From Paraspadella gotoi (lineage: Eukaryota; Animalia; Chaetognatha), in NCBI GenBank assembly GCA_051294375.1, contig CM119265.1:25676767-25740766 (forward strand): a stretch of 64,000 nucleotides of DNA, read 5' to 3'. This document shows, piece after piece, positions 54,501-63,478 of this stretch (position 1 is its first letter; each line of letters starts with the position of its first letter). The position numbers and the translations under genes are program-made. The notes under the pieces were generated by a model. The model saw only the letters and a program-made list of their open reading frames with translations. It searched no databases and was not told where the DNA came from.

Positions 54501-56438
54501 CCTCACCCGTGATCTATTCCCCTTCCTCAACGCCCACAGAGTCCGACATGAGCAGCGAAGGAGGTAAGTTCGGACGACGAGGGATTCAAACCTGCCTTAC
54601 TTTCTCTCTCTCTCTTCTCTTAGACCAATCCTCATCATTTTTTTTAAAATATGAACTTTAAAGCTTTTTTATATTAAACGTCGTCGCCGAGTTAACTTTC
54701 TTTCATCTCCTCACCCCTTCACCTTACCAGGTCGATCCTGCGGCAGCGGCGTTCCCCCCGTCATCCCTTACCCCATGCCCCCACAAGCACCCACCACCCC
54801 CCTTGTCAAGTCGACCTCTCTCCATCGCCCCCAGGGTCACCCCCTCAAGTCGTTCTCGGTTCCCGGTCCGCCTCCCACTTCTCCCTCCGTCCCCAACGCC
54901 AAACACGTCGCGGGTGAGGGGTCGTCGTTTGTGCGGGAGATTCAGGAGTTGATGAGGAATTGATTTGGTCTTTTATGCCAATAAATATAAATAAAACATC
55001 ATATTTATTGTGTCCCTCAAGGGTGCTTAACAGAAGTCATAGCAAGGGTCTCTGAAGATCAGTGATTATTCAAAATATTTTGTTTTATTCTTTTTTTTTT
55101 TATTGGCAAGTAAAGATCAAATCAATTCCTTATCAACTAGCGAGGGGTCATGTTTGTGGGTAAAAATGTGTGTAGGATTTGTGGGCTGTGGAGTGTGGAT
55201 GTGTAAAAGGGGGTAGGGTTGTTGATTCGGGTAAGGGCGATTGACGGGTGGGAAGGAATAAGGACCTCTGAAAAGAGTGTTATTATGTGTTGTTAATTGT
55301 TGTTATGAAATGGCATGCACACTGTATTGCACAGGTTATTTAATTAGAAGGATATTTCTCGGTGAGTTTTACAAGTGCGATTCTATCGTTTTTTAGTTTT
55401 TGTTTTTGTTTGTTTTTATTTATTTTTTTTTTGGCCAAAATTTAGATTTACATTGAGAAATAATTTTTCAAAGAAGTCTTTTATGGAATTATTTATCTAT
55501 GATTCTATGTACATGTAAATCGAAATATTGACAAAAAAACAATAAAACTGCACTTTTAAACCCCATTAAGAAATTTTCTTCTATTGTTATTATGCTGTTT
55601 TAAAACTAGAAACTTAAATTACTAAAAGGTAAGGTTAGTATCAAAAGATTAGTATCAAAAGTTAGTATCAAAAGATTATGGGCGCCTTAAAAAAAGAGTG
55701 GCAGAAAAAATTGGCAGAAATATCGTTGCTGCAATGCTGCGATTATCAAACAATAAAAGATAATTAAAAAAAAACTAATAATAAAAATAACTTCAAAAAA
55801 TCTAATAAACTAAAACGTAAAGTAATAATAATTTTTTTTTTTAAATCAGCCATGAAGCCGCAGCCCCAAGTAAACTCCCCCTACAAGAAGACGGGTCCAA
55901 ACTCGGCCTTCAACAAAGCGCGACCGCTAGGGACGCTGACCTCGCCGAAGACGCCCACCAATCAAAACTTCTCCACGGTGGATTGTCGGAATGGAGACAT
56001 CGACATTCCGGTGAGTGGATTGAGTGATTTGATTGAATTGATTGATCGACGAGATTTTGATAGATTTGTTTGTTTTTGATCGATTTGATTGTTTGAAAAG
56101 ATTTTATTAATTTGATTGATTTAAATCCATTGGATTTGATTGCTTCCATTACATTGATTTATATTTGGTTTATTGATTTGAACGATTGATTTGATTGATT
56201 TCTTTTTATTTGTTTGATTTGTTAATTTTATTGACTTATTCGATTTGATTGATTGAATAATTTCATTAAGCAATCAATTTGATTGATTCCCCCCCTTACC
56301 CCCCCCCCGCAGGAGTCCTGTCCGTTTCGTCCATCAAAAAATCCGTCTCCACCGAAGAATTGTCCCAAGAGATGGCGAATCTGGAAGGACTCATGAAAGA
56401 CCTGAGCGGCCATCACGCAAAGCGACGTCGAAGCGTGA
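24103..56438 (+). CDS. NEO1: Netrin receptor of the DCC/neogenin/frazzled/UNC-40 family (gene span from Ig1 exon to stop; about 27 visible exons, some lost in N gaps)
   Basis: Ordered 4 Ig + 6 FN3 + TM + P1 (PPDLWIH) + P2 (HPLKSFSVP) + P3 ([19 protein letters not shown]). An invertebrate gene would be co-orthologous to DCC and NEO1. Confidence 0.95.
26517..26618 (+). CDS. NEO1: DCC/neogenin exon, Ig1 C-terminal part
   Basis: acgcag|[34 protein letters not shown]|gtaag. Confidence 0.92.
26906..27098 (+). CDS. NEO1: DCC/neogenin exon, Ig2 C-terminal half (frameshifted, noisy sequence)
   Basis: Fragments across frames: KDGRPLTSS...LEI...FAD...[15 protein letters not shown]...VVFKA|gtgagt; GC-rich island between a C/A-rich tract and a T-rich tract. 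Confidence 0.7.
27370..27912 (+). repeat. Degenerate C-rich (CCCCCTCGAT)n tandem repeat directly upstream of the Ig3 exon
   Basis: Recurrent ctcgatcccc / gatctcccc units. Confidence 0.85.
27920..28057 (+). CDS. NEO1: DCC/neogenin exon, Ig3 N-terminal half (indels)
   Basis: atacag|[44 protein letters not shown]|gtgag. Confidence 0.85.
29367..29509 (+). CDS. NEO1: DCC/neogenin exon, Ig3 C-terminal half
   Basis: gtacag|[47 protein letters not shown]|gtgagt. Confidence 0.92.
29834..30006 (+). CDS. NEO1: DCC/neogenin exon, Ig4 start with Cys-rich insertion
   Basis: aaacag|[57 protein letters not shown]|gttcgt; phases match both neighbouring exons. Confidence 0.88.
30318..30386 (+). CDS. NEO1: DCC/neogenin exon, Ig4 middle
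   Basis: cttcag|[23 protein letters not shown]|gttaat. Confidence 0.92.
30889..31012 (+). CDS. NEO1: DCC/neogenin exon, Ig4 end (small indels)
   Basis: cctcag|[24 protein letters not shown]../[15 protein letters not shown]|gtgagt. Confidence 0.88.
34195..34384 (+). repeat. Minisatellite, 5 x 38 bp
   Basis: Unit ~ACCACGCCTCCCTCTTTTCTGTCCCCGGATATTGTACT; core recurs at 34201, 34239, 34277, 34315, 34353. Confidence 0.92.
36410..36805 (+). repeat. Degenerate (CAATCCCCAT)n C-rich repeat upstream of the FN3-1 exon
   Basis: Recurrent caatcccc / ccatcc units. Confidence 0.8.
36900..37094 (+). CDS. NEO1: DCC/neogenin exon, FN3-1 N-terminal half (noisy; 5' boundary uncertain)
   Basis: Across frameshifts: ..PTTLTAII....[21 protein letters not shown]...DR|gttgag. 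Confidence 0.7.
   Translation, partial: VADLQGLSGSSPGMPSLSPTTLTAIIRRPSTLSRRLTWAAGRQRDCDPGCGRGMPFIGGDENVR
38460..38600 (+). CDS. NEO1: DCC/neogenin exon, FN3-1 C-terminal half (5' end in gap)
   Basis: [46 protein letters not shown]|gtgagt. Confidence 0.92.
39155..39282 (+). CDS. NEO1: DCC/neogenin exon, FN3-2 N-terminal half
   Basis: ccacag|[43 protein letters not shown]|gtcggc. Confidence 0.9.
39412..39599 (+). CDS. NEO1: DCC/neogenin exon, FN3-2 C-terminal half (3' end in gap)
   Basis: acacag|[62 protein letters not shown]. Confidence 0.92.
40185..40379 (+). CDS. NEO1: DCC/neogenin exon, FN3-3 N-terminal part
   Basis: ttccag|[61 protein letters not shown]|gtgagt. Confidence 0.93.
40686..41307 (+). 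repeat. Direct duplication (40686-40967 = 41026-41307) across a 10-N gap
   Basis: Identical sequence at offset 340, including the FN3-3 exon. Confidence 0.9.
40696..40806 (+). CDS. NEO1: DCC/neogenin exon, FN3-3 C-terminal part (identical copy at 41036-41146)
   Basis: tgtcag|[36 protein letters not shown]|gtgaga. Confidence 0.93.
43357..43473 (+). CDS. NEO1: DCC/neogenin exon, FN3-4 N-terminal part
   Basis: ccccag|[39 protein letters not shown]|gtaaat. Confidence 0.92.
43997..44170 (+). CDS. NEO1: DCC/neogenin exon, FN3-4 C-terminal part
   Basis: tatcag|[58 protein letters not shown]|gtgagt. Confidence 0.93.
45493..45585. repeat. (ATT)n microsatellite
   Basis: Direct reading. Confidence 0.95.
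45800..45994 (+). CDS. NEO1: DCC/neogenin exon, FN3-5 N-terminal part
   Basis: ccacag|[64 protein letters not shown]|gtaaag. Confidence 0.93.
47237..47383 (+). CDS. NEO1: DCC/neogenin exon, FN3-5 end / FN3-6 start (5' end in gap)
   Basis: [48 protein letters not shown]|gtgggc. Confidence 0.93.
47486..47556 (-). pseudogene. Degenerate initiator tRNA-Met copy
   Basis: Diverged copy of 47732-47803 sharing catcgacct.tgggttat and gcttccactgcg; anticodon reads TAT and the acceptor stem is broken. Confidence 0.7.
47732..47803 (-). tRNA. tRNA-iMet: Initiator tRNA-Met (CAT), intronic and antisense to the receptor gene
   Basis: Reverse complement AGCAGCGTGGCGCAGTGGAAGCGTGCTGGGCCCATAACCCAGAGGTCGATGTATCGAAACCATCCGCTGCTA: 72 nt, A1-U72 pair, GGG/CCC anticodon stem, ATCG T-loop, T6 run ~25 nt downstream. 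One T-stem mismatch. Confidence 0.9.
47981..49110 (+). repeat. Near-identical direct duplication across a 10-N gap (47981-48431 vs 48442-49110), probably two haplotypes
   Basis: Same sequence with scattered substitutions, e.g. ccggtattga vs ccggtagtga. Confidence 0.85.
49463..49657 (+). CDS. NEO1: DCC/neogenin exon, FN3-6 C-terminal part
   Basis: ttccag|[65 protein letters not shown]|gtgggt. Confidence 0.93.
50986..51154 (+). CDS. NEO1: DCC/neogenin transmembrane exon
   Basis: attcag|[56 protein letters not shown]|gtcagt. Confidence 0.9.
52041..52185 (+). CDS. NEO1: DCC/neogenin cytoplasmic exon with P1 motif
   Basis: aaacag|[48 protein letters not shown]|gtaagg. Confidence 0.93.
52197..52460 (+). 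repeat. (GAAT)n followed by (GGAAA)n microsatellites
   Basis: Direct reading. Confidence 0.95.
52581..52920 (+). CDS. NEO1: DCC/neogenin cytoplasmic Gly/Ser/Thr-rich exon
   Basis: caaaag|[29 protein letters not shown]...[11 protein letters not shown]...[14 protein letters not shown]|gtattt; phases match neighbours. Confidence 0.8.
53155..53550 (+). repeat. (CTTC)n microsatellite-rich tract
   Basis: Direct reading. Confidence 0.95.
53809..53917 (+). CDS. NEO1: DCC/neogenin cytoplasmic exon
   Basis: ttccag|[35 protein letters not shown]|gtgggt. Confidence 0.82.
54142..54254 (+). CDS. NEO1: DCC/neogenin cytoplasmic exon (YPRxQY motif)
   Basis: gtccag|[37 protein letters not shown]|gtgagt. 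Confidence 0.85.
54420..54563 (+). CDS. NEO1: DCC/neogenin cytoplasmic exon
   Basis: cgccag|[48 protein letters not shown]|gtaagt. Confidence 0.85.
54731..54913 (+). CDS. NEO1: DCC/neogenin cytoplasmic exon with P2 motif
   Basis: taccag|[61 protein letters not shown]|gtgagg. Confidence 0.92.
55850..56010 (+). CDS. NEO1: DCC/neogenin cytoplasmic exon (SPYKK)
   Basis: aatcag|[53 protein letters not shown]|gtgagt. Confidence 0.88.
56313..56438 (+). CDS. NEO1: DCC/neogenin last coding exon with P3 motif
   Basis: ccgcag|[31 protein letters not shown]; removing one G at ~56408 gives AITQSDVEA*, the family-typical ending. Confidence 0.9.
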
Positions 56439-56839
56439 AGGGAAAAAAAAAAACAAAGGCAAAACAGAAACAGGGCGATGTCAGTCACGATATCACAAAA
56501 CGAAATCCGAAGGAAAAAAAATTGTTATCGATTTCGTAAAAAGAATATTTATTGCGTCTCGATTTTTTTTTTTTTAGCAAGATGCTCTCCTTACCCTGAT
56601 ACTTTTTTCAATTTTCTTACAGGGCTCCCACTCTAACCTTAATATCATTAAATCCTGACCTTATGATAAGTGACCATGACTTACCATTCTCTGATTAAAA
56701 ATTCCAGTCCCTTCGTCTGAGAATAGACCTTTCACATATACATTCCCCCCTTCAATCTGTTAACCCTTACCTTTCCCAAAAATATTTCGCCCCCCCCCCC
56801 ACTCTCGACTAAACATCCATTTTTGAGTCTTAGTCCAAA

Positions 56840-56908
<69 letters not shown>

Positions 56909-58738
56909 TCTCTCTCTCTCTCTCTGGCACCCAAAACGCGCGTCAAGAGATTAAATCATCTCAAGTGTAGCCACTTTTAATAAACGTCCGTCTGTTTGGC
57001 AACTGTGTTGTGTCTGCCTTCTGTATTAGTGGCGCTGCAAAGTGGCTGTCGCGCTGTTGCACACTAGTGAACATTTCTCTTTTAAAATTGACCATCCCTT
57101 ATGAGAACATCTTAAGTGGTCAAATAATTTTACCCTAAAAAATGAAAATATCCGGCACACCCGTAAATTATTTTCAAAAACAAATAATACATGACTTCTC
57201 CCTTTCAAAACAAATTTCAAAACTAACATTTCGTGTGAATATTGTACAGTTCGTTCTTTTTGTTTTAACGACGAGGTCGTAATTAGAAAAAATAAAATAA
57301 TTTCCATCGATACATTGTACTGATAATTTACATTTTGTTAGTAAAATAAAGTCTACTTTGCTCTCATCCCGTTCCATATCCCATTTCTATTGCCATTGCT
57401 CTTTTGTCATTCGTTTTTTTTTCGTCTCTAAATTTATTTTTTCGCCACTAGAGGTGCGCAACTTTCATTGCAAATTTATCGTCGTATTTTTTGTCCTTTT
57501 ACAGTCCTTTGCAATAAAAATAGGACACTCTTCAAACTTAAGGTTAAGCTCGTTTTAAACATATATTATAAAAAATTATTAATGATGAATGTAGATTTTG
57601 AAATGGGAAATCCATAAGTGTAAGTTAAAAGAAAATCGGTCCAAGCATTCAAGAGCTATAATGGTCAAAAACATTCGTCATTTTAGTCATTACAAAAAAA
57701 CTATTTTTAAAGATCTGCCAAAAACTGAAGATGTTTTTTAGCCTTAATTTATAGACATAGTATTTATGCTTTTAAAAAAATTATTAATGAGAAATAAGGA
57801 CTTTTAAAAAAGGAATCCATGTGTGTAACTTAAAATAAAATCGGACAAGTCATTCCAAAGCTACAGCACTTTATAGACATGAGGTTAAAAATAATTAAAT
57901 TTTCTTCTGCTCTGATATTCTGTTTGAGTACTTAATAGTTGTAACCTAGTAGTTACTTTTAAAAAATCTCTGCTTCACGGATAGCCACGTATTAACCAAA
58001 ATTAAACCAATAGTTCCTTTTCCCATGAATATTATAAACTTATAATATTTTTAATTTTAAAGGAATCTAACTTGATTTATTTTTATAATGTTTTTGGGTG
58101 TCCCTTTTTTTTTTGCACAGGACTGTATTTCACGATTTCATTAAGATTGTTTCCATTTCATTCTCCCATAAGGAGGTACCATCCCCGCAATCCCCGATCC
58201 CCGCAATCCCCGCAAACCCTTCCCCTTTCCACCTTCCTTTAAAGACTAATCCACATTTGATCATCTTTATGATTTGTTTTTTTCTTTTTAAACTTTCGAC
58301 GTCTTTAAACTTTTCATTTGATTTTTTTTTTTAAATTCCGGCTTTTATTTCGAAGCCTCGATTGTTCGTCTATAATTTTTTTGTTTATTTATTTGTTCCA
58401 TGTTTAAAAAAAGTGCAATATATTTCTTATTTCTTCAAGATAAGAAACTAAAAAAAAATCTTTCGTCGTCTTAATTATTTAGTTATGTTAACTTGGGAAG
58501 ATAGTTCAAACATTAAAAGAAAAAAGTGAAAAACCAGTAATTATTATAATGTGTTAGTGACAGAACCGTTCATTATAGCCAGTCCCTGAGCTTCGGATCA
58601 GGCAAGAACCCCAGAGCTTAGGTTGGGAGACGAATGACTTGTTCTCTGCAGCAATGGCCGTCAATGAACGTATTTCAGTTCACCATAAAACTTTCATTAT
58701 TAAATTATTAAAGTTTTATTATTTTAAAAGTTAGATAT

Positions 58739-58807
58739 TAGCAGCGGATGGTTCGATCCATCGACCTTCTGGTATGGGCCAGCACGCTCCCACTGCGCCA
58801 CGCTGCT
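58739..58807 (-). tRNA. tRNA-iMet: Second initiator tRNA-Met copy with small indels (pseudogene or read error)
   Basis: tagcagcggatggttcgatccatcgacc...atgggccagcacgctcccactgcgccacgctgct; 69 nt with single-base losses in runs; T-stem intact. Confidence 0.7.
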
Positions 58808-59892
58808 ACATGAATGCTTATCAAGAAATATTGACTTTTTCTTGTTACGAATTTTTTCGTTTTTGAAGAGTGAACTTTTTGTTTAAAATTAATTTTGAAA
58901 ACTTCCCTGTGTCGAATAGTCACATGAGAGATTTTAAAAATGGAATCTCTTTATCGCTCGATTTGATAACGGGGACCCTTAGAATCTGTGTCGAGGCTAA
59001 GAATCATTGATAATCCCAACTCCAAAACCATCCAAATAAAGAGAACGAGAATTTAATTTGCACTTGCTCTCGTTTGGAAGAACTCCGCGTTTAAATTTAA
59101 TACGTAAATGATTGAATAAATTTTTCTTAATCTTATAATTTATGAACGCGAGACGCGTCAATTTTGAAAGAACGTTATGTTATGAAATAAGTACAATATA
59201 AGTATATAAGTATATAAGTACAATATAAGTACAATATAAAAATTACCAATTCATATACTAAATTAGCTATCTTGGCCCTCGGTTTTGACAGGCCAGGACA
59301 GGACAGGACAAGCATCCATCCCTATTACTTGATAGTAACATACCAGGACCCTACAGGATATCAATTTAGACGAGTTTATTCACTCCCAGAGCGCCCGGCT
59401 TCCCTATCAAGAATATGTAACGGAAGGTCAAGGAACGTGACAGTCGTGACATGCAAGAACTCGCAATAGGAAATTTCTTGAAATCCGGTTTTGTCTTAAA
59501 AAACGAATAAAAAGAAAAGAAAAGAAAGAGAAAAACTTTCAAGACTTCGTGGACTCGAGACTAAAGTCTATAGAGACTCATTCAATCTCCGATTTGATAA
59601 AGTTTAAAGTCACGCGAATCTAAAAATATCCTTCGATCAAAAATATTACGAAACTTTTTTTCTCACGTCGTCATTTTTTATTTCTACTCAGCGCGTATCT
59701 CTCCCATTTTTTTTTCCTTTGTCCGATTCGGCGTGAATCCAATTCTCGTTAGTTAAATCTATCACGTTTCACGAATTCACGACTGTGAATGGCTAACGGG
59801 TAACAAACAAGAGCCATAGTTTTCGATGGTTCCCTGTCATTTTCACTATCAATCGTACTTACCCTCTTTCTTCGTTCTCAAACCGCCCGTCC

Positions 59893-61162
59893 ATGAATTC
59901 GCGCAACGCGACACTCACCCGTACCATCCCTCACCGCAAACCGACGCCATCCTCCGATCATGGCGTCATTTTTGACGTCAACTTCGTCGGTAACGTCACC
60001 GACTTCTCTCTCAACTTCCCCGACGACGTCAACCTCGCCTCACGATCTGTCGATCTTCTTAGTTCTGGACGACGACGTCGAAGAGACGGAAGAATGGAAC
60101 CCAGATTCGATTCTCTTTAAATTTCCTCAAAATCTCAGCGATTTTATGTGTGGGTTCGTTATCGGGATGATCAACTCGACGAGGTGAGATTGAATAGTTT
60201 TTAATTAACTGCCGAAGTACCCGCACGGCCAGTAATTCACTTACATGCCAACTAAATTTGCTATTTACATATTTAAGGTATATTGTGGCAGCAAGACTTA
60301 AAGCTGCCTCACTGCTGTCCGTCCTCAGCCTCGTCTCAATGGCTGAGTAGGCTAAATCATCTCATTCCATCCGTGCGTCCCGGGTTCAATCCCTGAGTAT
60401 CCCGGTTCTGGCTTATATGTGACGGAGCCGGTCTAAACATGCCAGTGACAGGAGGCGGTCACTGAGGGTCCGCAGCCCCTACACCAGTTGGAGAGATACC
60501 CCGCGCCCCGAGTATCACAGGCTATGCTCCTGTTGACATAATATACTGAATATGGTTTTTTTTTTTTACATTGATTATACTGTGGATAAGGCGCTAAGTG
60601 GGCTGAAGACTGAAGAGTGCTATCCGCAACTTGGAACCAGGCTTGGGGGTTACGACCGAAGGTGTCATGCTTATAGTCGGGGGGAACATATTGCAATGCC
60701 CGACTGCAATACCAAATTTCTTAAGGATGAATAAAACGAAGAGAAACAAAGAGCAAAGAAAACTAAACCAACCCTTTCCTTTCTCCCCTTCCCTCTACAA
60801 TTAAAAGAGAGATCTTCGGCGAGTCACCGTCCAGCCTCGAACTCGAGACTCTCCGACTGACGCTGCTCCGCCGGGGTTCCAAAACATTCGTCCACGGCGT
60901 CGACCCGCTGCGTCAGCCGCTTCGGCTGCAGCGCCGTCTCCTCGAGTCGCTGGTCGACGACTTTCGGTTTCGCTGCGGCGGCGTTCAGCGGCTGGCGGCG
61001 TCAGCTGCGCCCGCCGGCGTCTCTCTCCGAGAAGCCGTTCGACGCGCTTTGACGCCGGCGATTGAGACGGCGTTACGTCGTCGACGCGGCGTGACGACGT
61101 CGCTGCCGGGGACGCTGCCGTTCCGCCGCGTCGGGAAAGCGGACGGCGCGGTGGTTCTGAAG
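59893..61162 (+). CDS. Unidentified gene; two probable coding exons (~59893/59960-60183 and 60808-61162)
   Basis: GC/CpG-rich islands ending at GTGAG/GTGAT donors. In-phase join ...FKFPQNLSDFMCGFVIGMINSTR/EIFGESPSSLELETLRLTLLRRGSKTFVHGVDPLRQ...KADGAVVLK. No family recognised. Confidence 0.5.
60335..60725 (+). mobile_element. Putative tRNA-derived SINE
   Basis: A-box-like TGGCTGAGTAGG (~60340) and B-box GGTTCAATCCC (~60382) without a cloverleaf, followed by a GC-balanced body; 3' end approximate. Confidence 0.5.
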
Positions 61163-61618
61163 GTGATGATGATGATAATGATGATGATGATAATCATGAT
61201 CATGATGCCATATTTTTTTCCATTAGATAGCTAAGCAGAAACTTTCCTTGTTATGAAGCAACTAAAATACCAAGTAACTTACTTAAATATTGAAAATACA
61301 TTAATATATATCGACTTTTTTTTCTATTATACATCAAGAAGAAAATTAACAAATATCATATGTAATTGAATTGTTTAGAGACAGTCCATGCAACCTCTAT
61401 CATTGCGAATAAATAACATATTAAAATTGATAAATTGTCACGAATAGTTCGCAAAGAAAACTGCCTCCTCCTTTCAACAAATCTGTAAGCTTATTACAAT
61501 ATTATGTACAAAATTTTATAATTTTTTTAAATTCAAAAAAAAAAATTTTAAACTTTTTTTTCTATATTTAACTTTAACAAAGTTATCAACGAAGGAAGTA
61601 GGCGTGGTTTATTAGATG

Positions 61619-61619
61619 A

Positions 61620-61676
<57 letters not shown>

Positions 61677-61743
61677 CATTATTATTATTATCATTATTAT
61701 TATTATCATTATTATTATTATCATTATTATTATTATTATTATA
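61619..61743. repeat. (ATT)n/(ATC) microsatellite
   Basis: Direct reading. Confidence 0.95.
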
Positions 61744-61857
61744 ACTTGATAATCCATTCTCCGCGATGTTATAATTTTTTATAATAATAATAATTTATTA
61801 CTATGATTTTATTAGTTATTAGTAGTTAATAATTTAATCCATTCCTCATTCAAAGTT

Positions 61858-63192
61858 TCACCGGCCAACGGTGGTGACGACGTCGGTTTCTTGACAGAGA
61901 AACCAAGATGGCGTCGAGTCATCTATTTTTTGAGCGTCGATTTTGGATTGAGTCACTTTGAAGGCGTCTTCAGTGGACGGAGGCGCGCAGATGACGCCCG
62001 ATACATCTCCAAGATCATACATAATTATGGGAGTTCCATGCGGGCAAGACAACAGTCGAGATTCGTCACCGCGGCACAAAAAGTTAATTACTTGATAGCG
62101 ATCAAGAATCCATCCAAATCTTCCGTCTCTCACGTAATCTACGACGTCTAAACCGAATTCCCTGCAGACAACTCGGGCGTCTTTCAAATCAAATTCGTCA
62201 TCTTTGACGGCTACATTGTTGATGTACAATATTCCCTCCCAAGGAACTGAGCCCCTCTTGAGCTTCAGCTCTGAAGGATGCTTCATCTTTTGCGCCAGAA
62301 CCCTCCAAGTCGCTTCCGGAGAAATCCTCTTCGCCGCCGCCACGATCGTCGTCTCGTTCGCCTTCAGGGTCTCAATTTCCGGAAGTTCGCCGGAAAATCT
62401 CTCGGCGCAAAATTTTTCCGCCTCTTTTTTCCTCAGTCGCGTTTGAACGAATCGAAAACACTTTTTTGTCCGCGTGACTTTTATCGTCGTTTCTTGTATC
62501 AAAGTAACGCAGACCGGAGACGAAACGAAGCCGTCATCTTCCGTGGCATTGGCGCTTTGGGAAATCTCACAGATAAACCTTTTCCATTTGCGGCAACGAT
62601 CATAGCTCCATTTATGAGTGTGTTTCCCTGTGACGTGAAAAAAGAGACAACGGTATGTGACTGCATCATCAGGAAAACGACTCCAGTCGGAGAAATTTTT
62701 GTGAAAAATAATTCCACTGTGACTCCAGCGCCATACATTGCCTTCATCCAATCTACCGTCTTCCCCCACAGAACTTCCACCCCCGATCCAGACTTTCCCT
62801 TGATTCATCAAACGAGTTGCTAGCCAACTGTTCTCCCTTGGTCCAGCAATTTCAGCCAAAAATCCTCCCATTTTATTGCAGATATCTTCACCCATTCTCC
62901 AAGAGGCTTTAGACTTTGATATCCAATAGCAGCTTTCTCCACTTGGACGGCAAAAATCCGGTTTTCTATCGATGATAGCCTCGTTTTGGAGTCCACGCCT
63001 ACCAGCGTCGGCGAAGGAGTTGGAAATAGTTTTGAGTTCTTGGAGAATTTCAAACTTGTTTTGAGAGATAGACTTTGCAACGATCAGCAGGACGATGACC
63101 AAGTCGATGCCAAGACCCAAAGGAATAATCTTTTTCCAGGCTTGAAAGATTTTTCGCCAAAAAGCAACTGAGAAAAAGTAAACAGATGCCAA
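61858..63192 (-). CDS. Type II membrane / signal-anchored C-type lectin domain protein: CTLD + second CTLD interrupted by an SRCR domain (single large exon; probable acceptor at 63168)
   Basis: 444-aa stop-free frame. Hydrophobic aa 22-39. CTLD aa 81-209 (CYW..SW..C..GGFLAEI..WIGG..WRW..C..W..C..FICE). CTLD2 start CFRF..EAEKFC..GELPEI. SRCR aa 309-402 (EG..DDEFDLKDARVVCREFG..FG..CRGDESRLLSCPH..GVIC). Then WFLCQE. Confidence 0.9.
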   Translation of the reverse strand: MASVYFFSVAFWRKIFQAWKKIIPLGLGIDLVIVLLIVAKSISQNKFEILQELKTISNSFADAGRRGLQNEAIIDRKPDFCRPSGESCYWISKSKASWRMGEDICNKMGGFLAEIAGPRENSWLATRLMNQGKVWIGGGSSVGEDGRLDEGNVWRWSHSGIIFHKNFSDWSRFPDDAVTYRCLFFHVTGKHTHKWSYDRCRKWKRFICEISQSANATEDDGFVSSPVCVTLIQETTIKVTRTKKCFRFVQTRLRKKEAEKFCAERFSGELPEIETLKANETTIVAAAKRISPEATWRVLAQKMKHPSELKLKRGSVPWEGILYINNVAVKDDEFDLKDARVVCREFGLDVVDYVRDGRFGWILDRYQVINFLCRGDESRLLSCPHGTPIIMYDLGDVSGVICAPPSTEDAFKVTQSKIDAQKIDDSTPSWFLCQETDVVTTVGR

Positions 63193-63478
63193 TTTTTTTA
63201 GACATTTATTAATAATGGCAATGACAGGGAAACTGCTTGTGATGCACGATGCAAAGGGCCCTGGTAAATACCCAGTGGATATCTTACCGAATTTGCGGTT
63301 TTAGAAAGTTCTTGATGGCCTCCTACTTCTAGCACATTTAAACCTGCCGGCTTGTACAATGTACATTGTACAATGTACACTGAGGCTGTTCTGCTTATAC
63401 TTTAGCCGCAACATAATATATTCTATGTTTCTAATGAAACGCTTTACTGTGGAACCAGTACATGCCCACATGAAAAAT

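Noticed and set aside
62278-62823. 181-aa + strand ORF overlapping the lectin gene
   Set aside because: Antisense shadow of a real coding sequence with no independent features.
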